From a virus, in the IMG/VR virus record IMGVR_UViG_3300042330_000433, positions 28,213 through 92,212 of that record: a stretch of DNA of 64,000 bases. The stretch is one strand, 5' to 3'. Positions 49,619-59,096 of this stretch are shown piece after piece (positions within the stretch are counted from its first letter, which is position 1; every line of letters begins with the position of its first letter). The position numbers and the translations under genes are program-made. Under the pieces are notes generated by a model. That model was not told where the DNA came from, searched no databases, and saw only the letters and a program-made list of their open reading frames with translations.

Positions 49619-50737
49619 TTAATTTCTAATTGTTTTAATAAATTCATAAACTTGGTTAATACCTTGTTTATCATCTGGCTTTGGTAATTCTTTAAAATAA
49701 TTTACTGCTCCATCAAAATATAATGGACATATTGTACCTCCACCACCTTCACGTCCACCAAGAATTTCTAAAAATCTAATATTGTCTTTAAATATTTGAA
49801 TATCATATCCTAAATAATCAGGGATTTCATGTCTAAAAGGACTAAATAAACCTATAATATAATCAAAATCTCTTTGAGTTGTTTTATTATCTGCTAAACC
49901 ATCTAACGAAGGTTTAAGTTTATTATATTTTTTATTTTCTAAACTTTCTTGTGAACTCATTTGTTGTTGTATGGCAACAGGTATATACTTAAATCTATTT
50001 CTAAGTTTTACAAAATAATCAGAACTTAGTTTACCTATTGTTTCATGCAATGTCATTGGTAAACCATTATCTTGATTTTTTTCAGGAGTTAATAAACTAA
50101 TATGATCTACAATAATTATAACGTATTCTTCAGGATCATTTGGTTCATAATGATCTTCTACTTTTATAGTTTCATTGTTGTTTTTTATCTCTCTGTAAAT
50201 AATTTTACCATTTGATAAAGCATAATCTCTAACAACTTTATAAATTCCATAAGGATTTCTTATATCATCAATAAATTCAACTACTTCTTCAATCTTTTTA
50301 AAATAAGGTTCATATTTTTGTATCACATTTAAGACATCTTGTGATAATATTTTATCAGCTTTTGTAGATCTTAAATCTTTAGGTGCTATTCTTAAACCTT
50401 CTTTTACATAAAGTATATTTGAAAAAGCTGATAACATTTTTTGTTCAGATGTCATTTCAAGAGTAAAATAAAATATTTTTAATCTTACATCTAAATTATA
50501 ATCTATAACTTGTTGAATTGTATTATATAATACTAACCAATCAGCAATTTGAGTTTTACCAACTTTACTATTAGCAGTGAATAATAAACTTTTACCTTGT
50601 TCTAATCCTGGAAATTCATTTTCAAACCTAGGAAATCCTGTAGGTATACAATTTATTTTACCATCTAATAGACGTTGTCTTTTATTAACAATTGTTTTAA
50701 AAGTTCTGTTAAATAAACTTTGTTTTTCTTCACTCAA
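49619..50737 (-). CDS. DnaB-like (SF4) replicative helicase
   Basis: IPTGF, ANSKVGKT, FTLEM, IVDHISLL, QQQ, GGREG. Confidence 0.85.
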   Translation of the reverse strand: MSEEKQSLFNRTFKTIVNKRQRLLDGKINCIPTGFPRFENEFPGLEQGKSLLFTANSKVGKTQIADWLVLYNTIQQVIDYNLDVRLKIFYFTLEMTSEQKMLSAFSNILYVKEGLRIAPKDLRSTKADKILSQDVLNVIQKYEPYFKKIEEVVEFIDDIRNPYGIYKVVRDYALSNGKIIYREIKNNNETIKVEDHYEPNDPEEYVIIIVDHISLLTPEKNQDNGLPMTLHETIGKLSSDYFVKLRNRFKYIPVAIQQQMSSQESLENKKYNKLKPSLDGLADNKTTQRDFDYIIGLFSPFRHEIPDYLGYDIQIFKDNIRFLEILGGREGGGGTICPLYFDGAVNYFKELPKPDDKQGINQVYEFIKTIRN

Positions 50738-50769
50738 TATTAAATTTTATTTAATATTAATATAAAGTA

Positions 50770-51456
50770 TTAGTTATTTCTAGATAATATACTTAAATTG
50801 TTAGCTGTATTTTTGTTTTTAAAGTCATCTACTATTTTAAATTTAAGATTTTTTGTTAAAAAATCAATAGAATCCATTTCAGAACTTTCTAATAAATAGC
50901 ATATTTTATTTGTATTCAAATATTTAGCCATATAATCATCAAGTTCATCAATATCTTCTTTTGTAAATTCACTATAATTAGAATCTTCATCTCTATATTT
51001 TCTTGGAAAATCATATAATAGCACAGCTCCGCAACATTTTTCAATTTCTTTAGTTTTAAATAAAGTAATATTATGTTTTAAATTTACCAATCCACCATAT
51101 TTGTTAATATGTAAGTTTGGTAAAGGATATTTTTCATTTAAAATTTTAACATATTCATTATCTTTATCATTTTTGTAGTTATAAAGTAATAAATTTCTTG
51201 GCATATTACCGTTAAATAAGCTAAATGAATATGCATCACTAAATCCTAAATTATTATTAACAACATTACCTGTTTTAATTTGATTTTGATAAATTGTTAA
51301 ACCATGTTCTCTTATAATAATTCTTCCTTCAAAATAAGTATTAAAAATAAAACCAAAAACAATATCATTTGTAAAATAAGATTGTTCACCAATAGTTAAT
51401 TTATTATTACCTATAGTATAAGTTTCGTTTTTAATTTGTTTTTTTGTTATGTTCAT
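50770..51456 (-). CDS. Hypothetical protein
   Basis: CCGAVLL...FKNKNTAN. Confidence 0.6.
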   Translation of the reverse strand: MNITKKQIKNETYTIGNNKLTIGEQSYFTNDIVFGFIFNTYFEGRIIIREHGLTIYQNQIKTGNVVNNNLGFSDAYSFSLFNGNMPRNLLLYNYKNDKDNEYVKILNEKYPLPNLHINKYGGLVNLKHNITLFKTKEIEKCCGAVLLYDFPRKYRDEDSNYSEFTKEDIDELDDYMAKYLNTNKICYLLESSEMDSIDFLTKNLKFKIVDDFKNKNTANNLSILSRNN

Positions 51457-51464
51457 ACTTTATA

Positions 51465-51881
51465 TTAAATAGTATTCATAATTTTTTCATAGTCTTCTAG
51501 ACTATATCCATCAACACCTTTAACTTTGTAGTATCTATCTCTACTATATGTAGTGATATATTTACCTGGAACTCCTTCCATATATTTAACTACTACTTTG
51601 TTAATTTGTGTACACCAAACAATAGATATACATTTATCTTCATCTACAATTTCTTTTAATATTTTTAGAATAGCTTGTAGTGATGTAAATTTATATCTTG
51701 CTTTAACCATTAAATGTAATTCACTTATACTTCTATAAGCTGATTTTCTATCACATTGAATGGTTGTACATTCTTTATTACTGTATGTAATAACACCTTT
51801 TGCTTTTAAGATAGATCTCATAAAAGGTTTACGTGTTTTATATACAGGAATATCAGTTTCTTTTACATAAATCAAATTCAT
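51465..51881 (-). CDS. Hypothetical protein
   Basis: QCD...RSISEL...WCTQINK. Confidence 0.6.
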   Translation of the reverse strand: MNLIYVKETDIPVYKTRKPFMRSILKAKGVITYSNKECTTIQCDRKSAYRSISELHLMVKARYKFTSLQAILKILKEIVDEDKCISIVWCTQINKVVVKYMEGVPGKYITTYSRDRYYKVKGVDGYSLEDYEKIMNTI

Positions 51882-52480
51882 ACTTTGTTATTTATTTTTG
51901 TAATTAAATCTTTTTTTCTTTTAGGTTGTTTGTATGAACGTAATTTATTAATTTCTTCATTTGAAGCTTTTATAATAAATTGTTCAATTACATTAGTGTC
52001 ATCTACACTTACTTTTTTAATAGTTTGTTTTAGTAAACTAACATTCTGATTATATATAGAGTTAAATGATTTTGTAATATCATTATATTTATTTTTTTCA
52101 TTTACTCTTTTACCATAAACAGGATCATCTCCATTAATTAAAAATGCACAATGATATTGCATACCTGTACCATAACCTAATGGTACTTCTTGACAATATA
52201 TTAGTTTATAATGTTCACTAATTTTTTCAACAATAGTTATATCAGTAAGATGTGTAAAAAACATTTTTTTATTAGTTCTTAATAATATTTTATTAAAGTT
52301 TTTTATTAGATTTTCATCATCATTTCTAAAAATTTGACCTAAATATTCAAATGTACATAACTTACAATTAGTAGCATTACTATAATAATATATAGTTGAA
52401 TATGTACTCATTTTAATACGACAACTATCACCTAATGATTGTCCACCTTCTATTATATTTTTTACTTCAAATATATCCAT
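51878..52480 (-). CDS. Hypothetical protein
   Basis: NATNCKLC...PLGYG. Confidence 0.6.
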   Translation of the reverse strand: MDIFEVKNIIEGGQSLGDSCRIKMSTYSTIYYYSNATNCKLCTFEYLGQIFRNDDENLIKNFNKILLRTNKKMFFTHLTDITIVEKISEHYKLIYCQEVPLGYGTGMQYHCAFLINGDDPVYGKRVNEKNKYNDITKSFNSIYNQNVSLLKQTIKKVSVDDTNVIEQFIIKASNEEINKLRSYKQPKRKKDLITKINNKV

Positions 52481-52483
52481 GTT

Positions 52484-53080
52484 TTAATTTAATTTTGTAG
52501 TCCAGTCATCTACTGGTTTGTTATCAATTTCATCTATAAATGCAGATAATCTACTAGATTCTCCGTGTGCATCTTTTTTATAAATAAAATAATCAGCTTG
52601 TTGTAAATAATTTAAATTATCTAAAGATTTAATATATAATTTAGCAGCTTTTAATATATCTTCTTTATTATAAGAAGGATTATCTTGCATCCATTTATAC
52701 ATTTTATCACTACAAGCTTTTTCTGAACCCATACTTCCAGGTTTTAAACCTTTCCATAATAGTCTAAATTCTTTAATAAAGTCATCGAGTTCTAGTTGTA
52801 TAGCTCTCGATGACTTCTTAATTTTAGTTTTATTTTTTATTGAACCTATACTATCAATAGTAACTAATTCAATTAATTGAATAGCTTTACCTCTTAAATG
52901 TAATTGTTTTTCATCATCTATTTTTATAAATTGTCTTTCTTGTAAAGATTTATAACATTTCTCATAAATAGAAGTATATTTTCCAATTCCATGTAAATAT
53001 AATAATGTTAAAAATTCTTCAATTGATAATTCATGCCCTTCTAAAAAATTAAAATCTAATATAAAAGCTTGATTTTGCAT
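52484..53080 (-). CDS. Hypothetical protein, possibly a replication initiator-like wHTH
   Basis: N-terminal helical/wHTH-like region, FRLLW, YLQQADYFI. Confidence 0.45.
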   Translation of the reverse strand: MQNQAFILDFNFLEGHELSIEEFLTLLYLHGIGKYTSIYEKCYKSLQERQFIKIDDEKQLHLRGKAIQLIELVTIDSIGSIKNKTKIKKSSRAIQLELDDFIKEFRLLWKGLKPGSMGSEKACSDKMYKWMQDNPSYNKEDILKAAKLYIKSLDNLNYLQQADYFIYKKDAHGESSRLSAFIDEIDNKPVDDWTTKLN

Positions 53081-53475
53081 TACACTTCTTCTACAATTTT
53101 TTTAGTACGATTCATCCAATCACCAGATTCAATCAAACTTGATTCATGAGGTTGACGAACATAAGTATAAACACCTGCTTTACCCCAAGGAGTTTCAATT
53201 TGAATTTTATCATAGAAATAAGGTGTTTCTCCAGGAGTGTATCCTTCTAAACCATCTACTCTACGAGCTTCTTCTGCATTTACTGCATAAACTTCCATAA
53301 CTACAGCTGTTTTACCACCTTCTTTCAGTCCAGGAAAGCCACCTAATGAATACAAATTATAAATTGGATCTGTTGTATAAGTTCCTTTATAATCTGCATT
53401 TTCAAGCAATCTATGGTTACCATTACCTTTACGTAATGTGCCATACACGGCTATTAAAATATTTCTTTTTTCCAT
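53080..53475 (-). CDS. Gamma-glutamylcyclotransferase (AIG2-like)
   Basis: AVYGTLRKG, FPGL, MEVYAV, VDGLEGY, IESGDW. Confidence 0.9.
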   Translation of the reverse strand: MEKRNILIAVYGTLRKGNGNHRLLENADYKGTYTTDPIYNLYSLGGFPGLKEGGKTAVVMEVYAVNAEEARRVDGLEGYTPGETPYFYDKIQIETPWGKAGVYTYVRQPHESSLIESGDWMNRTKKIVEEV

Positions 53476-53478
53476 TTT

Positions 53479-53970
53479 TTATTTAATTAATTCACTTAAT
53501 AATTTTGGTTTATAATCTATTACTTCTGCAGATACATTAATATAACGTTTGTCTGGTAAAGTATTTTCATGCACATGACCATGAATATTAATATTAAATC
53601 TATACTCAAGTTCTTGTGGATGTATTGGAATATGTGTAAATATTAAATTACCAAATTCTTTGTTTTTAACATATTGTACAGCACAAACTTTATTAACATA
53701 TTGTAATAAATATGGTACATGTTGAGGTTCATCATGATTTCCTAATATAACTTTTTTAATTCCATTAAGTCTATTAAGTATTTCATAATTATTTTTTTCC
53801 ATAGTTATATCACCTAGCAACCAAGTTACATCTTTTTTAGATACAATTTTATTCCATTCTGATATAATATGTTCATTCATTTCATCAGCATTATTAAAAC
53901 CACGTTTAATAGCCATATTATGATGATGAAAATGTGGATCTGAATAATATCTAACTAAACTCATTACCAA
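53479..53970 (-). CDS. Calcineurin-like metallophosphoesterase
   Basis: SDPHF, LGD, GNHD, THIP, HGHVH. Confidence 0.9.
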   Translation of the reverse strand: MVMSLVRYYSDPHFHHHNMAIKRGFNNADEMNEHIISEWNKIVSKKDVTWLLGDITMEKNNYEILNRLNGIKKVILGNHDEPQHVPYLLQYVNKVCAVQYVKNKEFGNLIFTHIPIHPQELEYRFNINIHGHVHENTLPDKRYINVSAEVIDYKPKLLSELIK

Positions 53971-54155
53971 TCATCATTAGTTTCAAAATTATCTTCATTT
54001 AATGAAAATACATAATCATCAGCTAATTCTTTTGGAACTGTACCTTTACCTTTACATAATGTACAAGTTTTATATTTAAAACCTTTTTTTTTTAATGGTT
54101 CCATTACTTCAACTATTCCAAAACATTTTGGACATTCTTCTTCTTGTGTAGTCAT
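53964..54155 (-). CDS. Small zinc-finger protein
   Basis: CPKCFG...CTLCKGKG. Confidence 0.65.
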   Translation of the reverse strand: MTTQEEECPKCFGIVEVMEPLKKKGFKYKTCTLCKGKGTVPKELADDYVFSLNEDNFETNDDW

Positions 54156-54889
54156 TATTTTAAATTTTTTAATAATTCATTAAATGTAATTTTACAATTA
54201 AAATATTCAACATAAGAATTTGAAGAATTTTCAGCATAAGTATATGGATTATGATAAAATACATATTTATTAATAGTAGAGCATTTAGAATAATTAATTT
54301 TATTACTTTTAGATAATTTTATCAATTCTTTAAATACTTGATAAGTAGTACAATCAGGAAAATAATATTTACATATTAAATATATATCATCTAAACTACG
54401 TCTTCTACCTGTATCACATATAACTTTATTATTTTTATTAACTGTATTATAAATATCATTATATTCTTTAAAAAACTTTAATAAAAATCCATATAATGTA
54501 ATATCATGATTATACATTGATAAATTATATAATCCTTCTTTTTTAACTAAAGAATCACCATATTTATTTAATGCTAATTCAACATTGTTTAATACATCAG
54601 TTTTTTTTCTTAATTCTTTTAATTCTTTTTTAAGCTTAAGTTTTTCATAATTTGCACGAATATACCAATCATAAAAATCTTTTACAATATAAAAAGGTAA
54701 AGATAAAATAAGTAATGAAGGTATAAATATTATCGCACCTAAAAATATAATAGGTATAATTATAATATTTATAATACTTAATAATGTACCAGAATTTTCA
54801 CCAATTTTAGTAAATTCATCAATTGATAGAATTGGACCATCTTGAAATTTTTGTAGTTCTTTATATAACCACGTTTGTTTTATTTTCAT
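54155..54889 (-). CDS. Membrane-anchored hypothetical protein
   Basis: Long hydrophobic segment; C-terminal domain resembles 51465..51881. Confidence 0.6.
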   Translation of the reverse strand: MKIKQTWLYKELQKFQDGPILSIDEFTKIGENSGTLLSIINIIIIPIIFLGAIIFIPSLLILSLPFYIVKDFYDWYIRANYEKLKLKKELKELRKKTDVLNNVELALNKYGDSLVKKEGLYNLSMYNHDITLYGFLLKFFKEYNDIYNTVNKNNKVICDTGRRRSLDDIYLICKYYFPDCTTYQVFKELIKLSKSNKINYSKCSTINKYVFYHNPYTYAENSSNSYVEYFNCKITFNELLKNLK

Positions 54890-54955
54890 TTTTTATTATT
54901 TTTACTAAATAATTTAAATCTTTATACACTTGTAATAAACCAGCTCTATCATCTA

Positions 54956-55440
54956 GTTATGTGCAAGGCTACGATTGCTTTTCAAAACAACCCATATTTT
55001 CAAGATACAACTCTACTGTTTCCCAACATACAAAATGGCGTTCTGAAATTTCTAAATTATATTTTAACGGACAACCTAAAGCACTATCATCAATCATTAA
55101 TTCAGCATAACTTTTTGGTGAAGTAGTCCAATTAAATTGTGTCGGATTTTTTTGAATACCATAAAGCGGAATGTCATTTTCTTTAAACCAATTTACCGCA
55201 TCGGTTAAAAATTTACCTGTTACATTTTGAATTGTTGGGTCAATAACTGGTTTTGCTTCTGTTCTATCAGAACGCATTGTAAATAATATTAATTGATGTC
55301 CGTTATCGGTCAATCTTTTTAATACTTTTTCAGCTCCGATACTTTTACCTACTTTTGGAAAATCGTGAGTTACACAAGTTCCGTCGAAATCAATGTTTAT
55401 AGTCATAAAATTTGTTTTAAAAACCCGCCCAGCACATAAC
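54956..55440 (-). mobile_element. Integron-type gene-cassette-like insertion
   Basis: On the - strand it begins GTTATGTGC (55440-55432) and ends GCACATAAC (54964-54956) 4 nt after the stop codon; CpG-rich relative to flanks. Confidence 0.55.
54969..55406 (-). CDS. HAD-superfamily phosphatase-like protein
   Basis: IDFDGT motif I, FTMR, PKSY, MIDD; start moved to MTINIDFDG. Confidence 0.85.
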   Translation of the reverse strand: MTINIDFDGTCVTHDFPKVGKSIGAEKVLKRLTDNGHQLILFTMRSDRTEAKPVIDPTIQNVTGKFLTDAVNWFKENDIPLYGIQKNPTQFNWTTSPKSYAELMIDDSALGCPLKYNLEISERHFVCWETVELYLENMGCFEKQS

Positions 55441-55626
55441 AAGTGTTTTACGCCATTGTGGGTTTAGGTTTAATATAAAATGTTGTAATCCAAAAACTAC
55501 TACACTTTCTACGCCTTCAATTCTACTTTTACGTGGTGTAAAATTAGAATATAATTTAGTCATTCCATCAGGATACATGACTTGATGATTAACTTTATAG
55601 CTATCAACTAATAATAATGGGTTCAT
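55417..55626 (-). pseudogene. nadV: Truncated nicotinamide phosphoribosyltransferase (N-terminal ~50 aa only)
   Basis: MNPLLLVDSYKVNHQVMYP...YSNFTPR...VVFGLQHFI, then unrelated sequence. Confidence 0.8.
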
Positions 55627-55801
55627 ATTTTTTTTTATTTGTTTGTTCTTTAATTTCTAAATAATCACTAATTGCATGAATACTTGTACATATTCCTAAA
55701 TCATTATATATCAATTCTGATATGATAATAGGATTATCTACTTTATATTCATTTTTAATTAGGTCTATAGCCATTGCTAATTCAGAATATGGTTTTGACA
55801 T
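55604..55801 (-). CDS. Hypothetical protein
   Basis: Packed ORF. Confidence 0.5.
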   Translation of the reverse strand: MSKPYSELAMAIDLIKNEYKVDNPIIISELIYNDLGICTSIHAISDYLEIKEQTNKKKYEPIIIS

Positions 55802-55802
55802 T

Positions 55803-56351
55803 TTATTTTATTAAGTTAATAATTTTATTACATTCATTAATATATTCTTTATAATATTTGAAAGATGTTTTATTTTTTCTAGTCCCTTTTAATTTTCTAG
55901 ATAAATTGGAAGATGAAATATTGAAATTTTCTGCTACTTTTTTTACAGAAGGATAAATAATCATTGTGTTTAAATCAATAACTTCTTTAGACATACTTGA
56001 TAATTTTTTAATATTTCTTTTTTGTGAAATTTTCATTTTTTCAATAGTTTCTTCAGATAGTTTACCAGATTTATCATTTGTTTCTGTTAATCTACAATTT
56101 AATCCGTTTTTTCCTGTAGAATTATATAAATCTTGATAATATCTTTCTCTATTATTTAATTCAGATTCTTCACATTCTTCTAATATTTGAAACATATGAT
56201 TATTAAAACCATATTTTAAAAAAGAATGATACAATTTTATTTGTGTTTTACAACTTTTTAAAGAATAAATATAATATCTTTTTTCAATATTAATACTTTG
56301 TCCAATATAAATTTTATTTGAAGGAGAAGTTATTTTATAAATACCTATCAT
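55803..56351 (-). CDS. GIY-YIG homing endonuclease
   Basis: MIGIYKITSPSNKIYIGQS; NUMOD-like tail; coupled to the polymerase stop. Confidence 0.9.
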   Translation of the reverse strand: MIGIYKITSPSNKIYIGQSINIEKRYYIYSLKSCKTQIKLYHSFLKYGFNNHMFQILEECEESELNNRERYYQDLYNSTGKNGLNCRLTETNDKSGKLSEETIEKMKISQKRNIKKLSSMSKEVIDLNTMIIYPSVKKVAENFNISSSNLSRKLKGTRKNKTSFKYYKEYINECNKIINLIK

Positions 56352-58231
56352 TAAAATAAAGTTAATTGATTATTATTATTTAATTGATCTATTATTTTTT
56401 GAACAGAAGATATATAATATTTATAATTAATATTATAATCAATCCATTCTTTTTTTTCATAATTATTAAAAATTATTACACCTTCGCCAACATTAACATG
56501 TTGCATTGTACCAACACCATTTTTTTGTTTAAATAAATAAGGTGCATTTTTACTAAAATAATATCTATTAAGTTGTTGTTGTATTATTCCATTATGATAC
56601 ACTATAAAATCTTTAGATATTTTATTAGATTTACAATAATCATATATATGTAAATTATATTTATCAGGATTTGTAATAAAATCTTTAGGTTCAATATTAT
56701 TTACATAATAAGCATTTAAAGCTTTAGCAATTACTTGTTCGTTACAAGAATCTCCTAATGGAACTTCACGTCGATCATATTCATTAAATGGTAATTTAAA
56801 CATTCCTTTTCTTTTAATAGAATTTGATTCTGTTACAGCTAAATAATTATTAACATTAGAATATATTATTTTAGAATAATATTCATGTTCTAAATCTAAA
56901 TTAAAAAGTTTACAAGTTTCATCTAATAAAGATTGATATTTTCCAAGTTCTATTTTAGGAACAATCACTTCAATTCCATCTGTATTAGCACTTACAACCT
57001 GCCAATTATTAATAAGACATACTTCAATACACTTTGTTAAAATTAATTGTCCTATAAGTCTTAATTTCATTGCACCTTCTGGATAATATAACCAAGAATG
57101 TTCATTATCAAGTAAACCTGATGTTGAATTTAAAATAAGTTTAAGAAATAAATCTTTAGACTTGTTTTTTTCTTTTTTAGCAATTAATCTTTCATTTTTA
57201 ACATGTCTATATTTATTTAATACTTCAGGTTGTCTGATACAACCATAGTTTAACATTAAATTAGGATATAGTGAAGCAACATCTGAAGTAACAACTTGAT
57301 TAATATCATTAGTATAATATTGTTCATTATTGTTTACACTGTGTAGACCACCTATACCATAAGACAATTTAATAGAAGTATTATTAAAATTAACAATTAA
57401 ATCTTGACTAAAACTATTTGTTGAGTTACAAACATCTTTCCAAAGTTTTTGAAATATAGGTAATTGAAAATTAGGATTAAATTCTTTTAATAATTCACCT
57501 AATTGTAAAGTTGGTTTAGTGTATCTTTGTTTTCTTGCTTGATTTTTATCTAAATTTAAAGACTTACAATAATCATCTAACAAAGCTTCTGAAGCAATTT
57601 TAGGGGCATCCCAACTCCAACAATCTAATCCGTATTCTTTGACAATAGAACTTCTTAAATTAACTTCAGATTCCATTTCAGTTAATAATAATTCAGTAAT
57701 ACCTAAATCATGTACTTTATTGTAATGCCTTAATTTTGGTAAATCTTTAACAATTAATATAGTATCTGGTTTATAAGGTAGTTCTTGAATTGTGTCATAA
57801 CCTAATTGTACAGCTAATGATTTCAATGACATTTTTTTAGATATTCTAAGCATTTTAGACCAATAACAAAATAAATCTATTGATGTATATTGTTTTTTAT
57901 ACCATTTTGCTTTTTTAATATTATTATCATTAAAATCATCATTAATTAATTTGTCAGAAAATTGTTTTAATTTAATACAAACTTTGTTTAATGGTAGATT
58001 TTTAAAAATATTATAATTTAGAATTAAATGATTTAACACAACTTCATCATAATGCAAACCATTAAAAGATACTAAAAATCCTTTAAAAGTTGTCATATAT
58101 TGATAAATTTGTGCTAAATCATTATATTCTTCTGAAAGTTCATAAAATTTAATTTCTTTAGTATTAAAATTTTTAATACCTAAGCAAAAATAATTTTTAT
58201 AACATTCAATGTCTATTATGTGTTTATCCAT
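56351..58231 (-). CDS. Family B DNA polymerase
   Basis: DIECY, FNGLHYD, YNKVHD exonuclease motifs; SDVASLYP, KLILNSTSG, ANTDG. Confidence 0.92.
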   Translation of the reverse strand: MDKHIIDIECYKNYFCLGIKNFNTKEIKFYELSEEYNDLAQIYQYMTTFKGFLVSFNGLHYDEVVLNHLILNYNIFKNLPLNKVCIKLKQFSDKLINDDFNDNNIKKAKWYKKQYTSIDLFCYWSKMLRISKKMSLKSLAVQLGYDTIQELPYKPDTILIVKDLPKLRHYNKVHDLGITELLLTEMESEVNLRSSIVKEYGLDCWSWDAPKIASEALLDDYCKSLNLDKNQARKQRYTKPTLQLGELLKEFNPNFQLPIFQKLWKDVCNSTNSFSQDLIVNFNNTSIKLSYGIGGLHSVNNNEQYYTNDINQVVTSDVASLYPNLMLNYGCIRQPEVLNKYRHVKNERLIAKKEKNKSKDLFLKLILNSTSGLLDNEHSWLYYPEGAMKLRLIGQLILTKCIEVCLINNWQVVSANTDGIEVIVPKIELGKYQSLLDETCKLFNLDLEHEYYSKIIYSNVNNYLAVTESNSIKRKGMFKLPFNEYDRREVPLGDSCNEQVIAKALNAYYVNNIEPKDFITNPDKYNLHIYDYCKSNKISKDFIVYHNGIIQQQLNRYYFSKNAPYLFKQKNGVGTMQHVNVGEGVIIFNNYEKKEWIDYNINYKYYISSVQKIIDQLNNNNQLTLF

Positions 58232-58290
58232 ATGTTTAGTTTAAAGTGAGTCATACTTTAACTAATGGATTTTAAAAAATAATTACTAAC

Positions 58291-58533
58291 TTATTTTATA
58301 ATTATTGTACCTTCAATTAAACCAAAAGAAGATTTTTCATTAAAATAATATTTGTTGTCAATAGTATCTTTAGAAAGAATCCACAAACTAGTTTCTTTCC
58401 AAGTAGCATTTACAAAAATTCTATTTTCAGGTAAACTAATATTTTCAGTTCCGCCCCAATGTCTAGCTCTACTATTTTCTGTACAGCTGATTAATGTTAA
58501 AACTAACATTAAAATAAATAATATTTTTTTCAT
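58291..58533 (-). CDS. Putative lipoprotein
   Basis: MKK, hydrophobic core, LISC lipobox. Confidence 0.7.
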   Translation of the reverse strand: MKKILFILMLVLTLISCTENSRARHWGGTENISLPENRIFVNATWKETSLWILSKDTIDNKYYFNEKSSFGLIEGTIIIK

Positions 58534-58534
58534 T

Positions 58535-58996
58535 TTATTTCCAAGTTATCATGGTACAATGCTTATTTTTAAAGTCTTTATACCAAATTTTAAATAAAGA
58601 ATCTTTTTTTTCTTTATATTTATAAGGTCTGTTAGTAATATAACTTGATATTTTATATACTATAACACTTACTATTATACAAAACCAAGCTAAAATACCC
58701 ATCATTTGAAAATCACTGATAAAACTTTCTTTATTAAATTCATACCAAAATAATAAAATTGGAGATATTAATGTAGTTAATAATAAACCACAAACTGTTA
58801 ATATGATTAAACATATTAATATTGCTTTAACACTTCCCCAAAAATAATCACATGTATTTGTAGGTTTGTAATCGTTAAATGTTAAATAAAACTTTAACCA
58901 TTTTGAATTTCTACTTAATTCCATTTTTTCTTTTTTTAAACAATTTCTCCCAATAATTTTTTCGTTTACAATCTTCTGTTGATAAGTTAGAAGCAT
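58535..58996 (-). CDS. Membrane protein (start probably near 58924)
   Basis: Two hydrophobic helices; CDYFW. Confidence 0.6.
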   Translation of the reverse strand: MLLTYQQKIVNEKIIGRNCLKKEKMELSRNSKWLKFYLTFNDYKPTNTCDYFWGSVKAILICLIILTVCGLLLTTLISPILLFWYEFNKESFISDFQMMGILAWFCIIVSVIVYKISSYITNRPYKYKEKKDSLFKIWYKDFKNKHCTMITWK

Positions 58997-59096
58997 CTGT
59001 AAATATTATATATACAATTTGTAATATTTGACCAAGTAATAAAACTATTGCAAATACTAATAAACTATATAATAATATATCAAAGAAAGTTTTCAC
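58911..59096 (-). CDS. Small membrane protein
   Basis: Single hydrophobic helix. Confidence 0.45.
   Translation of the reverse strand: MKTFFDILLYSLLVFAIVLLLGQILQIVYIIFTDASNLSTEDCKRKNYWEKLFKKRKNGIK

Noticed and set aside
32444-58231. Group I introns or inteins in nrdA, the helicases or the polymerase
   Set aside because: The ORFs are continuous and of normal length; the endonucleases are free-standing and no splicing motifs were seen.
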